A stretch of DNA of 63,997 nt, the filler included, from Asterionella formosa (Eukaryota): assembly GCA_002256025.1 (NCBI GenBank). It is 7 parts of 7 records of this genome, joined end to end, with 100 filler letters (N's around TTAATTAATTAA, not from the genome) between each part and the next. Parts side by side here need not be neighbours in the genome. Positions count along the whole stretch, not along the records: positions 48,807 to 58,438 come from NKIB01010379.1; positions 58,539 to 63,997 come from NKIB01010925.1; 5 more parts are not named here. One strand, given 5' to 3'. The position numbers and the translations under genes were made by a program. Positions 51,264 to 63,442 of this stretch are shown in pieces (within the stretch, counting starts at the first letter, position 1; each line of letters starts with the position of its first letter). The notes below the pieces were generated by a model. It was not told the origin of the DNA and did no database searches. It saw only the letters and a program-made list of their open reading frames with translations.

Positions 51264-52878
51264 TTTTAGATTTCAGATATTCTCTGTTTTAAAATTGTTC
51301 GTCTTCTGTGCTTTCTTTTCTCGCTTTTCTTTCTCGTTTGTTGTGTGTCGAGGACGAGGAGCGTCGGTACGTGAAGAACATATACGTATGAACAGCTGCG
51401 AGGATTACAACAATGTTTCTTGGGTTCTTGATTAATGTTGTAGTCGGTATCCTCCTTAGCATGATGAATGGACGCACTGACAGGCTTTTGTATGTCATCA
51501 GATTATATTTTAAATGGATTAGGATTACCGGTATTATCTGATGGCTGGTACGAGGGCGATATGGCTGGTTGCAACCTGACGATCAATATACCGGTAGTAG
51601 GATATGTTGGCCTTCGTATAGAAATTCTTTTGCATGTAAAAATTGATGCAAATTCTTTGAGGTAAAGATATAATATATTTATTTATATATATATATTAAT
51701 ACATATACAGATAGATATATTGCCCTCCACTCATTGCCCTGCAAAGAAAGGTATGTAACATCGATCTGTTGTAGTCATTCATGTTAATTGATTTTGCCGC
51801 TTGCTTCTTGTTTACTTCGTTGCTCTGTTGTTCGCTTTGTTAGATCATAGACATAGGTCGCCTCGCAGAAAGCTGTGTCGAAATCGAGGGCACAGCAGTG
51901 TGTTTTGAATCATTTGACAAGCTTCTCAAGGCTGATGGGGTCTGCGTCATGTGTTGATTGTTCTGTCAACTTTGGCATCCATCCAGTCATCTTGTTGTTC
52001 ATCAAGATCGTTCCAAATCATGAAGTATGTACATATAAATTGTCTTGCTCACCTTGAAAAATGTCTTATCCTTTTTGCTGTTAACACTTTGTCTGTTGAC
52101 ATGCTCTCATGTACTACCACAGACCTGCAGTTCTCTTTACCCTTTTTCTTCTTCAGAGAAACATGACAGTAAAAATTCTTGGAACAAACCCAAGAATATN
52201 NNNNNNNNNNNNNNNNNNNNNNNNNNNNNNNNNNNNNNNNNNNNNNNNNNNNNNNNNNNNNNNNNNNNNNNNNNNNNNNNNNNNNNNNNNNNNNNNNNNN
52301 NNNNNNNNNNNNNNNNNNNNNNNNNNNNNNNNNNNNNNNNNNNNNNNNNNNNNNNNNNNNNNNNNNNNNNNNNNNNNNNNNNNNNNNNNNNNNNNNNNNN
52401 NNNNNNNNNNNNNNNNNNNNNNNNNNNNNNNNNNNNNNNNNNNNNNNNNNNNNNNNNNNNNNNNNNNNNNNNNNNNNNNNNNNNNNNNNNNNNNNNNNNN
52501 NNNNNNNNNNNNNNNNNNNNNNNNNNNNNNNNNNNNNNNNNNNNNNNNNNNNNNNNNNNNNNNNNNNNNNNNNNNNNNNNNNNNNNNNNNNNNNNNNNNN
52601 NNNNNNNNNNNNNNNNNNNNNNNNNNNNNNNNNNNNNNNNNNNNACTAAAAGAATGAACAATAATGACAATGATTCACATGATGTGATTTATGGTGCATG
52701 TTCTTGCATTGTTCCTAGTGCGAAAGTCTTAACTAGCTTTGCCGTATTGTTCTCAGAGGGAGGACTTAAGTCTACAAAGGCTTCTACATAAGAATATATG
52801 AGTGATGACTATCCGAAATTCTGAAATCGACATGATCTGTGATTTTCGACTTCTTTAATGTATCTACAAATCTTCTCA

Positions 52879-52979
52879 GCATTCCAGCCTTAAGCTTTCC
52901 TTTCAGACTTAAGCTTTTTCATAAAGGAAAGCTTCAGACTTACGCTTTTTCATATGAAGAAAGCTTAAGTCTGGAATGC
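52879..52979. repeat. ~100-bp palindromic MITE-like unit
   Basis: gcattccagccttaagctttc pairs with gaaagcttaagtctggaatgc; internal direct repeat cagactta(a/c)gctttttcata. Confidence 0.7.
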
Positions 52980-53297
52980 CGCCAAGATTCGCTGAGAGGT
53001 GAAGATATCGAATTGACAGCGATTGACCCCTCATTTGGTTGTAGTCGATCGGCATCATGAAAACAATATAAATTTAGCTAAAAGATAAGACTGATTAGGA
53101 TTCTTTTTACAAAGACTTTCAATCGCCCATTTTATCATCAAACATTTGAAGCACAAAATGTTCATGTTGTTGGTCGAAGTGACCACACATTTTTATCAAT
53201 CATCTTCTACAACCACTGAGACCTCTTAGGTATAGTAGGGTTTATACTCAAAGTAATGGCTACCCCGGAGTCTTTCATAGACAATAACATACATATA

Positions 53298-53614
53298 AGT
53301 AGGGCTTCCCAAAACTATTTGCTACAACAATGGTGACTGTTCCTAGTTACTAGCTTTACTACTTTATCAAACACTCTTCTTCCAGATCAAGTGCAATATT
53401 CTCATACCAAACTTGTTGGCGTTCGTCTCGATCTTTCTCATCATCTAGTGCCATATTATGTAGGGCTTCGCAAAAAAATTTGCTACAACAATGGTGACTG
53501 TTCCTAGTTACTAGCTTACTACTTTATCAAACACTCTTCTTCCAGGTCAAGTGCAATACTCTCATACCAAACTCGTTGGCGTTCGTCTCGGTCTTTTTCA
53601 TCATCAAGTGCCAT
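53298..53614. repeat. ~160-bp tandem duplication of the PGAM 3' end including the stop codon
   Basis: gtagggctt...tttgctacaacaatggtgactgttcctagttactagc...ctttatcaaacactcttcttccag...tcatcatc(t/a)agtgccata at ~53299-53454 and ~53460-53614. Confidence 0.92.
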
Positions 53615-55309
53615 AAACGGCTCTACCACATGTCCTTCAGCATCCAAATGAAGCTTGTTTACAATCGATTCATATGCTGCCATGGTCAGGAACCGTTGCT
53701 TTCTTTCCAGCAATAATTGCTCCAAATGATCCTTCATTCGCACCAACAATAACATGTTGTTATATTCCGATTCACTCATTTTGGTATGAACCTGAAACCA
53801 TAATTGTCGAGTTTCAAATACGGGGTTGGGGTGAGAGGAGCCATCTTCCAGGAGCCCTTTGGCAAGGTTTCTTAAAATAATACGCTGCCAATCTCGATTG
53901 GTTACATCTCGTTTCTTTTGAATGTCTTGCAATCGTTCGAGATCACCCAAGTAGACACCATGAAAGCCGTGTTTTCTACTTGTTCCCCATGTGTAGCTTT
54001 AGAAACACAATTAGAAAAGTGAGCAGTTGACAATAGTAGACAATTATATATAGAGAGAGAAAGTGAGAGATTGATGGGTATGTTTGAGTCATGTGAGCAT
54101 CAAAATATCTTTCTTTTTATCAAGAATAACGTACCCTTTTGGTTCCACCATGTATTGGAATTCCAACTCATAATTGGGATCAACAGGTTTCAAATTCTTG
54201 TCCAATCGGTAGAGCAATGGAATCCCTGTGGGAATACTCATTCCTTTAATATCTTCGTCTGAAATACCATCCAAATGCTTGATCAATGTCCGTAGCGTAT
54301 TAGCATGACTAACAATTAAGCACTTGTTGCCCTGCAGCATACTTGGCACAATGACGGAATTGAAAAATGGCAAAATGCGTTCCGCTGTGTGCTTCAAACT
54401 TTCTGCCCTACTTTTTTCCAATTGCTCCTCTGACAGAGACTGATACCTTCTATCATTTCCATGCCAGTACGGGTGATCATTTTCCATTCGTGGTGGAGGT
54501 GTGTCGTACGATCTCCTCATTTGCATCACTAACTCTTGATCAATGTTCAAGTCCAAGTAGGCCGTGTCCTTGTTGTATCCCTGCAGTGCACCATAATGAC
54601 GTTCGTTGAGTCTCCATGTTTTGGTAACTGGCACCCAATGTTGTTTTGCTGTATTAAGGCACATGTTGGTGGAAAAGGATGCTCGTTTCAAGACCGACGT
54701 GAAGGCATGATCAAGCTCTATGCCGTTTTCGTACAAGAGTCGTCCGGCAGCTCTAGCTTCTTGTTCCCCCTTTTTTGTAAGTTCGACATCACACCATCCT
54801 GTATATCTATTTTGCGAGTTCCACTCCGATTCTCCATGTCGTAACAACACTAGCGTGTACAAGGATTCTTCTCCATATTCGGACAATTTAAAAGGCGGTG
54901 GGGCTGGGTCACAGGGAGTGCCCCCCTTGATAAAGTGCGTTGCCTCGTGTTGGTTGCTGTTGTTGACATCATTGCTACTGCTGTTGTTACTGCTGGGTAG
55001 AACAATAGTGGTGGTTGACGTGCTGCTGCCAGCAAAGACGCCAGTCGATGGATGTTCCCTCATGGGTTTCATTTTGGCAGCAGCGAGACCTCTGGGAGTT
55101 TTATGAATCGGAACTGTCTTGGCGCTTGAGCTATTGCTTTCGGAAGACGACGACGACGACGACAAGGCTCGCCGAGGTACAGAATGGCGCATCATCTTGG
55201 CAGATGTCATATTTATCCTGGGCAGCATGACTGATGCTGCTGCTAGTTTCTTCGTTGGCAATACTGATGATGATCTGACGGCAGAAGCTGCTATTTTGCA
55301 ACTGCTCAT
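53519..55309 (-). CDS. gpmA: 2,3-bisphosphoglycerate-dependent phosphoglycerate mutase with N-terminal presequence and C-terminal extension; intron 53997-54134
   Basis: LVLLRHGESEWN, RYTGW.DV, WRLNERHYGALQG, AESL, SHANTLR and IPTGIP motifs; the splice GG|C joins ORF 54089-55309 to ORF 53519-53950 in frame (KGYTWGTSRKHGFHGVYLGDLE). Confidence 0.9.
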
Positions 55310-56933
55310 TATTCCTTGCTACTTGTCAATGTTGATGGTGTTGTTGTTGTTCCAGCTGTCACTGCTGTCTTCGTGTCGAATAAATAGGCGTCGCAAGGGT
55401 ACCGGTAGTATATTGTTTCAGGATTAGTGATGGTGAAAGTCTGGAGTCCTCGACTGTACTCTATGTAGGTCAAGAAACCATTTTGTTCCTCATCTCGGAA
55501 ATAATATAATGTTCGTGTCCGCCTCTGAGCCGATGCCAGCGCGACGATGAAGCAACGTGTATGTTAGTACCGGTATCATGGTTGCCACACCGGTACGCAC
55601 CGGTACCTTGTACCTGGTACATGCCGGNNNNNNNNNNNNNNNNNNNNNNNNNNNNNNNNNNNNNNNNNNNNNNNNNNNNNNNNNNNNNNNNNNNNNNNNN
55701 NNNNNNNNNNNNNNNNNNNNNNNNNNNNNNNNNNNNNNNNNNNNNNNNNNNNNNNNNNNNNNNNNNNNNNNNNNNNNNNNNNNNNNNNNNNNNNNNNNNN
55801 NNNNNNNNNNNNNNNNNNNNNNNNNNNNNNNNNNNNNNNNNNNNNNNNNNNNNNNNNNNNNNNNNNNNNNNNNNNNNNNNNNNNNNNNNNNNNNNNNNNN
55901 NNNNNNNNNNNNNNNNNNNNNNNNNNNNNNNNNNNNNNNNNNNNNNNNNNNNNNNNNNNNNNNNNNNNNNNNNNNNNNNNNNNNNNNNNNNNNNNNNNNN
56001 NNNNNNNNNNNNNNNNNNNNNNNNNNNNNNNNNNNNNNNNNNNNNNNNNNNNNNNNNNNNNNNNNNNNNNNNNNNNNNNNNNNNNNNNNNNNNNNNNNNN
56101 NNNNNNNNNNNNNNNNNNNNNNNNNNNNNNNNNNNNNNNNNNNNNNNNNNNNNNNNNNNNNNNNNNNNNNNNNNNNNNNNNNNNNNNNNNNNNNNNNNNN
56201 NNNNNNNNNNNNNNNGTAAACCAGTAGTAGTAAAAGGGTGAGTACCAGGAAGGTCCACATGTTTTATACACACCTTTTCAGCTTCGATGCCCTCCCAATG
56301 GATCATCTCATGCCTGGACAAGATAGGCCAGCTTTCGATAAAAGTAATATTCCTAAAGTAATTTAGGAAAAGGGTAAACTTATCAACCAATGACGATTTG
56401 AAGAGTCAGTCTCTGAACACAATTTGGATTTGCTGACTGATGAACAGGTTCAAGAAACTGTCTTCTAGCTTTGGAATCCACAAAAGATTCCTACCTTGTT
56501 TCTATGTTTAGAACTTGCTGACACTTACTAAAATTTGCTGACAGCCACGAGAATTTGCTGACAATGACTACTAGAACTTAAGAATAAGACAAAGAATACT
56601 GGTAGATTTTCTGAATGACCGCCCTTTTGCCTGTTGAGTATATACATGAATGAACACAACCATTGCCTTGCCAATAAGACATAGAATCATACATAAAATC
56701 ATATATATACAGTGAATTATTTTGAAGTCGTGCACACAATCAATACAGCATATGTGCTATGTAGAACTACAGTTTTATATTTATCAATGGCTTACCTTCC
56801 CTCCTGTTCTGTTGTCATGGTTCGCCCCCATGTGATGAGATCCATCATACTTCGTTGGGATCTTCTATGCAACTGAATATAGCAAATATATACAAATATA
56901 TATACATATAAATACAAACTCGATGCATTCAGA

Positions 56934-57812
56934 TTAGGAACGAGGACTTGGTTTCAAATATGCAGTCCCAATCAGGGCATGGTCACCCCGAAGGAACGAT
57001 CCATCCTTAGTCCAGACCAATCCCTTCGTTGTGACCAAGAGTTTGCTATTACCTTCTTTCCACTCCACGACATCCTCCATATCTGGTACAGCCTTGGTGT
57101 ACTCCACAACACCCGAGTCAAAGTATTTGCTCATTGCCATGGCAGCGTTTCGATAGTGCAGAGCCTTTTGGAATGGATTAGGTGATTCTTGGTATTGGCG
57201 CATGGCAGTATCCTTGTCTGCCAAGTACTGGTTGGCCCTCAGTTCTAATTCCTTCTTCTTCAATTGAGCACACACCAAATCCACCTTGTCCCAAATTGGA
57301 AATGACAAGTATATATTCCCCTTGGGAATAGTGCAGTCATTACGTGTCATGGCTGTGTCCAAATGAAAGCCACACACTAGACTTCCAGCAGGTGCTCCCT
57401 CCTTCCATACCACTTCCCAACATGCCTGCACCAATGGCACGAGTTGTGTTCCTGCTAATGATACAAACGAACCATGGTTTCGAATCTTGATGGCGCGAGG
57501 TCCTGTGGAGAGTGCAGGATGAGGACCATTTGCGCCAGGTAGCTTTGGATGAGTATAGAAAGGTTCGACAGCGTGAAGCTCCACTGCAAGTCCAGTGACA
57601 CTCATAATGGCACTGGTGCTGTCATTGCCTTGAATATCTAGACGAATGGTAAAGGTTGGAGGAATGGAGGATTCATCTGAAAATGTCTTGAGGATCGGAT
57701 TGGCAGTTAGCTTGGGAGCAAAGATGGAAGAAAAGGCGACTGTGCAGCTGCCGTTCCAATGACAAAGCGCTGCTAGGGCGAAGAGGAGGTGACCGATGAT
57801 AGAGAGATTCAT
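56934..57812 (-). CDS. Hypothetical protein with signal peptide and VA-F motif (probably plastid-targeted)
   Basis: Intact 292-aa ATG-initiated ORF with coding-like composition; MNLSIIGHLLFALAALC...TVA-FSS N-terminus. Confidence 0.7.
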   Translation of the reverse strand: MNLSIIGHLLFALAALCHWNGSCTVAFSSIFAPKLTANPILKTFSDESSIPPTFTIRLDIQGNDSTSAIMSVTGLAVELHAVEPFYTHPKLPGANGPHPALSTGPRAIKIRNHGSFVSLAGTQLVPLVQACWEVVWKEGAPAGSLVCGFHLDTAMTRNDCTIPKGNIYLSFPIWDKVDLVCAQLKKKELELRANQYLADKDTAMRQYQESPNPFQKALHYRNAAMAMSKYFDSGVVEYTKAVPDMEDVVEWKEGNSKLLVTTKGLVWTKDGSFLRGDHALIGTAYLKPSPRS

Positions 57813-58539
57813 GGTAGTCTATACTTTTGATGAGAGCGAGAGAGTGGTGAGGAAGTTCTTCTGATGGCAATCGTTTTTGTGAGCTCACATGCATCAGAAC
57901 AAATAAAATATTTGATTTCTTCTACCGGTAATTTGTTGAGTGCAAAAGAGTCGGAGTATTGACAATACCGGAAAATACCTACCGGTAGCAACAGTCCGTG
58001 GAACTGGTACCTGGTACGGTGTAGACATATACGCAAGCATTGGTCGAATTTAGACACCAGTACCGGTACCTAGTAGTCTAGTACCGGTATGTAGCTGTAA
58101 TAATAATTGTAAAACATGCAACGACATCAGCCAAAGGAAAATGATTAGATGTGAATGTTCCGATGAGCGATGGATGAATGTGACTGTCACCACATGCATC
58201 AGCAATCACGCAGGCGACAAAACATCAGGATATCATATTTATGCAGACCGGTATGATACTGCCTAGCAGAAGAACAAATTAAATTCACACTCCAACGCGC
58301 AGAAATGATAGTACAAATGATATTTCCAGTGACACGCAACCCATCAACCCACTCGCCATCGGAACTTTTTCAAAAGCACTTTGTAGCCAAGCGTCTGGCA
58401 CGAAATATCTACAAGATTCTTCTGTTGTTCTGCCTGCANNNNNNNNNNNNNNNNNNNNNNNNNNNNNNNNNNNNNNNNNNNNTTAATTAATTAANNNNNN
58501 NNNNNNNNNNNNNNNNNNNNNNNNNNNNNNNNNNNNNNA

Positions 58540-59760
58540 ACTACATTTTACAAATACTACAATGCAATGGCCAAAAGTCAAAAAATATAATGGAAAGACA
58601 TCCCACAGCAGCAGTTATTTCCAAGTGCTTTCAGCACCCATCACTGTGACTTAAAAATCATCATGTGAATATTGCAAAAGGTCTTTGACTTGAACAAATG
58701 ACAGTTCTGCAGAGGGAGCTTAAAGAAATCAGAAGGAAAGAGGAGATGGCCATTGTAATCACAGATCCTGTTAATGTGTATGATGCTGATATGACTGAGC
58801 TGTATCCCCTTGAAAATCACTTGATGGTGATCAAGACACCTGTTACTATGATGAAGGCAATTATGTACTTGAGGAGGCATCAGATGTTGAAGTGATGCCT
58901 TCAGAGCTTCTCAAACTTGTCAAATGTACTGCCTCAGTTTACGACTCTAAAAAGAATGTTGCCATTCTTGCTGGATTTGATTACATTTGTTCTGGAAAAA
59001 TGCCCCAGCATCTGAAAAAAATTGTTTGACTATGAGTGGGAAAAATATGGAATTTGCGACAGGAGGCATTTGAATTGATCAAAGAGCAATCCAATATTTT
59101 CATCATTTCCAATTCATTTGAAGTTGACCGCCTTCCAGTTATTTTAATTAACCATTCCTTTGGAGTTCTGGAACGATTCTATTTTTTATAATTGATCAAA
59201 ATGTAGAGGGTAAACCTGTAACCACTCAGATGGATTGAAAAATGTTGCAATGCTTGTGGTGGAGGGGAAAATGTGAGCAGATCAAGAATAACAAAAACAA
59301 ATTACATTTTTTTAGTGGTTTTCTACAGCTGCTATAGATTTCGACATGCTGTTGAATGTCCATGATGCAAAACAGCCTTCTCCAATCAGTTCGGAAGTGA
59401 CATGGGCAATGAAATGGTGGCTACATAGTGTGTCATTATTGCTCCTTTCGGTCATGGCAGATGATGCCATGTTTGGATACAAGCATGTTTGTAATGTGGG
59501 AGGTTGATGGCATGCTCGGTTTTTTCAAGCTTGTTGCAGAGGCATTGTTGTGTAATCTTTATTACAAAAAGGGAGAGCAAAAATCGCCAAGAATATCATC
59601 AAGATTGACCGAAAATGCTGAGCACAGCGATTTTGGGCTGCCCAATGGCACACAAAATTTCGGGAAAGGGGTAGTGGATGCTGACAGTTCCCACCTCCAA
59701 AGTACATGTGTAGACTGGAAAATGATGACTTGGACAAGCTGTCATGTATGATCTAGGGCT
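58540..59760 (+). mobile_element. Decayed piggyBac-like transposase relic
   Basis: Hand translation around 59325-59470 gives YRFRHAV / VHDAKQPSPISSEVTWAMKWWLHSVSLLLLSV, resembling the piggyBac C-terminal RHxVDxHN...SLExxWxTxxW motif; many stops; CpG-depleted. Confidence 0.5.
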
Positions 59761-60234
59761 ATGCTTTGATGTGTTGATTGTTGTTTACATTGTTTGTCCA
59801 TTGAAGCAGTATTGAGTCCTTCCAGTCCAGACTGATCTGTGACTGTGGAATCTTTTATGCTGTGACTGACACATGACTAAATCTAAGTAGTTCAAATTCT
59901 GATTCTTTTACTTAACATATATATCCCTTTTAAACAGGAGGAAAAGTGCCATCCAACGATCTATCTAAAGTTATATGAAAAGAGATAACAAGGTTTTCAA
60001 ATTGAGCCTCAAAGAGATACCAATACCTCGCAATTGCTGTATTGTTTTGCTACATGGCATTTCCTGCATTGTTCTATACAGCATACCAGTATACTCTGCA
60101 ACAATAGAATACTGGTAGTTAAACACTTCAGATGATATCTGAGTTGTTATCTGATCATGATGTAGTAAGATGATGATATGAAATATTTAGCACTACAAGG
60201 AGCCCAAGTATAGAGCTTTTCATCAGTGTTGTCC

Positions 60235-61209
60235 TTACTTATTTTTATCCACTGCTGTGAGTTCAACTCTTCCCATGGAACACCTAATGCACCAGTCACA
60301 CCAGCCAGAGCAAACACAAGCATCAACTTCATACCCATAACCCCACTGATAGAAACGTTTTTCACCAGGCTTCCATCTGCTTGTGTCAGTCGCAACATAA
60401 CCAATGATGGGATATGCATCAACTCCTTTACAGTCGTCACATGCAGGATCATCACAATAATCACAGCATTGCTCCTTATTGGCACAGCTCTTGAGGTAAA
60501 ATGGCTCATCCTCAATAATGTACTCCATTTTCACAGAGCGTCCATTGACAAAAGCATAAGGTAGCTGGGTGTAATTGAAATTGGTGACAACATCTGTTTT
60601 GACATACAATAGGTCATTTGGTCGAGGCATATTGCAAATTCCTCCCTTAGCGTTATTATCATAGCTTCTATAAAAGTCAACAGCAACTGGGATAATTACA
60701 GTAACAAGCTCACCCTTGGGATCAACTGCAACATTGCATTTACGCACAGGAATGGCGATGTTTGAGCAAGACGAGGAAACTTCGAATGTATCAAGAAAGT
60801 AGTAACCCTTTGGCACACCATCTTGAGGAGAACACACTTTGTTTGAAGTCCTGTCATGAAGGCAGACATCCCAGTTCACCCAGGATTGTACAATAGTAGG
60901 CTCTGTGTTTGTGGATGCTCTGCCTCCTTTTTTCTTGTTCTTTTTCACTATGCTTCCCTTTTTGCTGTTCCCCTTGAGGATACGATTGCCAGCATTGCTG
61001 GGCACAGAGTTCTTCTTGTCAAATCTGCCCGGAAACTTGCCAATAGTACCACGAAGTAAGAGACAAGGATAGTGAGGACGATGAGAGCCGGAAGGTGCAA
61101 TATGACCACTTGCGTTTGCCATGTTACTTACCTTGAAGGTGGAGTTTCCAGCAAAGGCAAATGATACACTTAGAACAAGAACTATGCCGATACTGCTGAG
61201 GAGCTTCAT
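60235..61209 (-). CDS. Hypothetical secreted cysteine-rich protein
   Basis: 324-aa intact ORF; signal peptide MKLLSSIGIVLVLSVSFAFA; Lys-rich patch; C-terminal Cys cluster (CANKEQCCDYCDDPACDDC...CVCSGWCDWCIRC). Confidence 0.7.
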   Translation of the reverse strand: MKLLSSIGIVLVLSVSFAFAGNSTFKVSNMANASGHIAPSGSHRPHYPCLLLRGTIGKFPGRFDKKNSVPSNAGNRILKGNSKKGSIVKKNKKKGGRASTNTEPTIVQSWVNWDVCLHDRTSNKVCSPQDGVPKGYYFLDTFEVSSSCSNIAIPVRKCNVAVDPKGELVTVIIPVAVDFYRSYDNNAKGGICNMPRPNDLLYVKTDVVTNFNYTQLPYAFVNGRSVKMEYIIEDEPFYLKSCANKEQCCDYCDDPACDDCKGVDAYPIIGYVATDTSRWKPGEKRFYQWGYGYEVDACVCSGWCDWCIRCSMGRVELTAVDKNK

Positions 61210-62635
61210 GGTCTGCGAAACGAGCAGAATTAGTCAGACATAGCATCACACATGAGTTCATAAGATTAACTTTGATAACATGGTGCTATGATAGCAGGCA
61301 AAGATTCAGTATAGGTATCGATTGATAACTTGTGGGAGCCATTTGAAATTGCAGAGGTCCATTTGTTGCCATTGACATTGTCAGTGTTGGTGGAATAACG
61401 CACCATAGTAATAAATGGCTTAGCTACCTTGAATGATTCCGGCGATTGAGGTCGGTTGAATATTCTAAAGCTTATGTGATAATTTTATGAACAAGGCAAG
61501 GAAGCCACTGAAGTTGCTCTTTGCCCCTGATTTGTTATTGTTTCGATGTTGGGTTGTTCTCAGGTTCGCGTTCATTCAAATGCGCCTCCTCCATACCAAG
61601 CCGGAGTCGCTGACATCAATTCTTCGGAACAGCAACTGACATGCTGTTGTTGCCATTGCCCCTATATCAGCAGCCAAGAACCATGGCGCTAGTAGGCCAG
61701 TAGCAAACCACCAATGATTGACATCGTTATTCGAAGGTTCCTAGAGCATTACTGNNNNNNNNNNNNNNNNNNNNNNNNNNNNNNNNNNNNNNNNNNNNNN
61801 NNNNNNNNNNNNNNNNNNNNNNNNNNNNNNNNNNNNNNNNNNNNNNNNNNNNNNNNNNNNNNNNNNNNNNNNNNNNNNNNNNNNNNNNNNNNNNNNNNNN
61901 NNNNNNNNNNNNNNNNNNNNNNNNNNNNNNNNNNNNNNNNNNNNNNNNNNNNNNNNNNNNNNNNNNNNNNNNNNNNNNNNNNNNNNNNNNNNNNNNNNNN
62001 NNNNNNNNNNNNNNNNNNNNNNNNNNNNNNNNNNNNNNNNNNNNNNNNNNNNNNNNNNNNNNNNNNNNNNNNNNNNNNNNNNNNNNNNNNNNNNNNNNNN
62101 NNNNNNNNNNNNNNNNNNNNNNNNNNNNNNNNNNNNNNNNNNNNNNNNNNNNNNNNNNNNNNNNNNNNNNNNNNNNNNNNNNNNNNNNNNNNNNNNNNNN
62201 NNNNNNNNNNNNNNNNNNNNNNNNNNNNNNNNNNNNNNNNNNNNNNNNNNNNNNNNNNNNNNNNNNNNNNNNNNNNNNNNNNNNNNNNNNNNNNNNNNNN
62301 NNNNNNNNNNNNNNNNNNNNNNNNNNNNNNNNNNNNNNNNNNNNNNNNNNNNNNNNNNNNNNNNNNNNNNNNNNNNNNNNNNNNNNNNNNNNNNNNNNNN
62401 NNNNNNNNNNNNNNNNNNNNNNNNNNNNNNNNNNNNNCGGCACTTTATTTCGCTCGTACGACACGAAGCTGCCTTGTGAAGAATTTTTGTTCTCACCGAG
62501 GCCGTTGTATTTTTCACAAGGAAAGGCTGTCGACACGACCAGACCACATCTATCAGTGCAAAATTGGACCGACTACCGGTATACCGATACTATTCTCATA
62601 TTATACAAACAAGGAACCTTTTAGACTTGTTCGAC

Positions 62636-63390
62636 ATGACGAGCTTTTTGAAAAAGAGCCTGACGATGGCTCAAGACGCGTTGACCCGCACTGTCTATGG
62701 TGTTGAGCCGCTGTCTAGCAAAGCTTCGTTTCTTCAATGCGTCGACCGAGATATGCAAGGGAATGCCATCGAAATGTCGTCATTCTTGGGCTCGGTTCTC
62801 GTTGTGGTTAATGTAGCAAGTAAATGAGGCTTGACAGATGGTAAGCTCATCATCCACGCAAATTTCATAAACGTGCCCAAACATTTCTCGGTGTGATTCT
62901 CTCACCCCTTCGAATTTCGAATGAACGAAGCAAATTATACCCAACTTACCCAACTGCATGATGAATACAACAACCGGGGTTTCAAAGTCTTGGCCTTTCC
63001 ATGCAACCAATTCGCTGGTCAGGAGCCGGTAAGATTCCATATTGACGATGACGTTGTGATGTTTGTCATGTCATGAGTATGCTCACGTGACCTTGTTTTT
63101 AGGGAACTAATGAAGATATTATGGCTTTTGCAAAAAAGTACGGAGCTGACGAGAAGTTTGTCTTTTTCGAGAAAGCTGACGTGAATGGGAAAAATTCACG
63201 TGAGGTCTTTCGCTACTTGAAGAAAATGTTGCCCAATCCTGATGGAACTCTTGACATTAGGTGGAACTTTGCCACATTTCTGATTGACCACACTGGTAAT
63301 CCTGTAAAGCGATTCGATCCAACCAAGGAAGTTTATAAAAATCTCCAACCGGAGATTGAGATTCTCCTACACAAAAAGGAAGGGAAGTAA
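62636..63390 (+). CDS. GPX: Selenocysteine-containing glutathione peroxidase; exons 62636-62840, 62931-63028 and 63103-63390; in-frame UGA at 62825-62827
   Basis: [14 protein letters not shown] sits at the catalytic position; the spliced frame continues ANYTQL...[16 protein letters not shown]...FEKADVNG...IRWNF; canonical GT-AG introns. Confidence 0.92.
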
Positions 63391-63442
63391 GAACAGATAC
63401 CAGAAAATGAATGGAATTGATTTGATTTTGCCCTGTTTTGAT

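Noticed and set aside
62564..62827. GPx as a truncated pseudogene
   Set aside because: The only stop is UGA at the catalytic residue, the downstream exons are intact, and a SECIS-like hairpin follows.
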